Position numbers and translations under genes: made by a program. From assembly GCA_000008085.1 (NCBI GenBank), contig AE017199.1:60001-92000 (forward strand): DNA of 32,000 nucleotides, given 5' to 3'. Below are positions 30,920 through 32,000 of this stretch, in pieces. The stretch comes from Nanoarchaeum equitans Kin4-M. GTDB lineage: Archaea; Nanobdellota; Nanobdellia; Nanobdellales; Nanoarchaeaceae. Numbering within the stretch: position 1 is the first letter of the stretch; every line of letters starts with the position of its first letter. The notes beneath the pieces were generated by a model, which did not search any database, was not told where the DNA came from, and saw only the letters and a list, made by a program, of their open reading frames with translations.

Positions 30920-30949
30920 TCACTGCTCATCCTGGGACAGCCTCATCAT
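30901..30949 (-). ncRNA. Candidate box C/D sRNA (49-nt core)
   Basis: Minus strand: C ATGATGA (30949-30943), 12-nt guide GGCTGTCCCAGG, D'-like ATGA (30930-30927), 3-nt spacer GCA, C'-like GTGATTA (30923-30917), 12-nt guide AGAAGAGCCAAG, D CTGA (30904-30901). Confidence 0.72.
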
Positions 30950-31776
30950 TTTTGCTTTAGTTTTTCTAAAACTTTTTCGAAATGTGGGAGCTTATCAAAG
31001 GCATATTCAACTAAGCTATCTAAAGCTTTAGCTAAAAATTCAGAATTAATCCATATACCGACATCGTTTTGGTCATAAGCATTTTGGTCATCGTTTAGCA
31101 TAAATAATACTTCTTTTCCATCAACTATTATCATTCTACTATTTATTTTATCGCTATCCCTAATTTCTACATAAGGAGCAATTTTTTTCAAATATTCTAC
31201 ATTTCTCTCTGTTATTTTTGTTGCCATTTTTATGTTTACTCCCCTATTGTATAATTGTTTAAATAGCTCTTCAAATGCTCTTACTTTCCTAATAGCTCCA
31301 GTTTCGGTAGTGAATATTATAACTTTTTCCTCTGCTCCCCTCAGCATAGCCTCCATTTGGGAATATACACTATATCTCCCCCTAATGGAAGCAGCATTGT
31401 CAGTTATATCTAAATTCTTTAGCCCTTGTTTATATAATAATTCTAGTTGTGCAGCTAAATCGCTTTGTGCTATCAAATCTAATTTTTTAGCTTTTTCTTG
31501 TGCTTCCTGTAATAGCCTTTGTTTTACCCTATTAAATACTTCTCTAGGGGGGATAGCAGCATATTTAATAGGTTTTCCTAATCTCATAACGACAAAACCT
31601 TTTTTCTCTAAGCTTTCTAAAATATCATAAGCCCTACTTCTTGGGACATTAGCCATATCTGATAGTTCTCCAGCGGTAGCTTCCCCTTTAGCCAATAGAG
31701 CCAACCAAATTCTTGCTTCATATAGATTTAGACCAAATATTTGTCTTACTGTATTTACTAAATCCTCATTTATCAT
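30946..31776 (-). CDS. TrmB-family transcriptional regulator
   Basis: N-terminal wHTH LNLYEARIWLALLAKGEATAGELSDMANVPRSRAYDILESLEKKGFV, and C-terminal regulator region with DGKEVLFML. Confidence 0.85.
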   Translation of the reverse strand: MINEDLVNTVRQIFGLNLYEARIWLALLAKGEATAGELSDMANVPRSRAYDILESLEKKGFVVMRLGKPIKYAAIPPREVFNRVKQRLLQEAQEKAKKLDLIAQSDLAAQLELLYKQGLKNLDITDNAASIRGRYSVYSQMEAMLRGAEEKVIIFTTETGAIRKVRAFEELFKQLYNRGVNIKMATKITERNVEYLKKIAPYVEIRDSDKINSRMIIVDGKEVLFMLNDDQNAYDQNDVGIWINSEFLAKALDSLVEYAFDKLPHFEKVLEKLKQK

Positions 31777-31874
31777 TAGCTTATAGATAGACCTGATTTA
31801 AAAATTTTTTGTTTACCTATCGTGGTAAAGTAGTTAAACATCCCATTTATAAATAAAAAAACTATTATCGATAT

Positions 31875-32000
31875 GTGCGCAGGGCACTAGAGTTGCCAAT
31901 AAACATTATAATAATATTAGTAATAGTGTTTTTCGTATTTACTATTGTTGTAGGGTTTGTACCTAAGCTATTAGGGGGAACCCTAGGCAAATTAGGAAGA
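31875..32000 (+). CDS. 3'-partial ORF; small membrane protein with pilin-like N-terminus
   Basis: GTG start: (M)RRALELPINIIIILVIVFFVFTIVVGFVPKLLGGTLGKLGR..., open to the window end; TATA-like tttataaat upstream. Confidence 0.6.
   Translation, partial: MRRALELPINIIIILVIVFFVFTIVVGFVPKLLGGTLGKLGR

Overview
This AT-rich, roughly 95% coding window is recognisable as the genome of the DPANN archaeon Nanoarchaeum equitans. The basis is the split family-B DNA polymerase N-fragment, which ends in the characteristic 98-aa trans-splicing intein half. Recognisable genes are L23 (partial), an A24 prepilin-peptidase-like protein, a UPF0282-like metallo-hydrolase, PolB N-fragment, S11, a COG2112-like kinase, an ABC ATPase, L18, KH/beta-CASP RNase, glutamate dehydrogenase, endonuclease IV, tRNA-Gln(CUG), RtcB, a DUF357-like protein, EF-1alpha, S10, a CBS+HPF-like protein, FEN-1, class I LysRS, a MOP flippase, L10/P0, L14, L5, an AIM24-like protein, the C-terminal half of TmcA, a secreted SNase, and a TrmB-type regulator. 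The main points for a second look are: (1) a box C/D sRNA candidate (30901-30949, minus) with near-ideal geometry, whose C box contains the TrmB-like gene's stop codon and which is antisense to the nuclease gene's 3' end; (2) the split intein-bearing PolB; (3) a stand-alone TmcA acetyltransferase half; (4) a tRNA-Gln overlapping a convergent stop codon, with a TATA-like element about 24 nt from its mature 5' end; (5) a CBS+HPF-like protein next to EF-1alpha/S10; (6) several blocks of orphan genes; (7) two proteins with pilin-like N-termini plus a prepilin-peptidase-like gene; (8) L10 lacking the usual acidic tail; (9) a 54-aa zinc-ribbon ORF absent from the supplied track. No CRISPR array, rRNA, transposon or convincing tRNA half was found. 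All assignments were made by eye from sequence and memory of protein families, with no database search.
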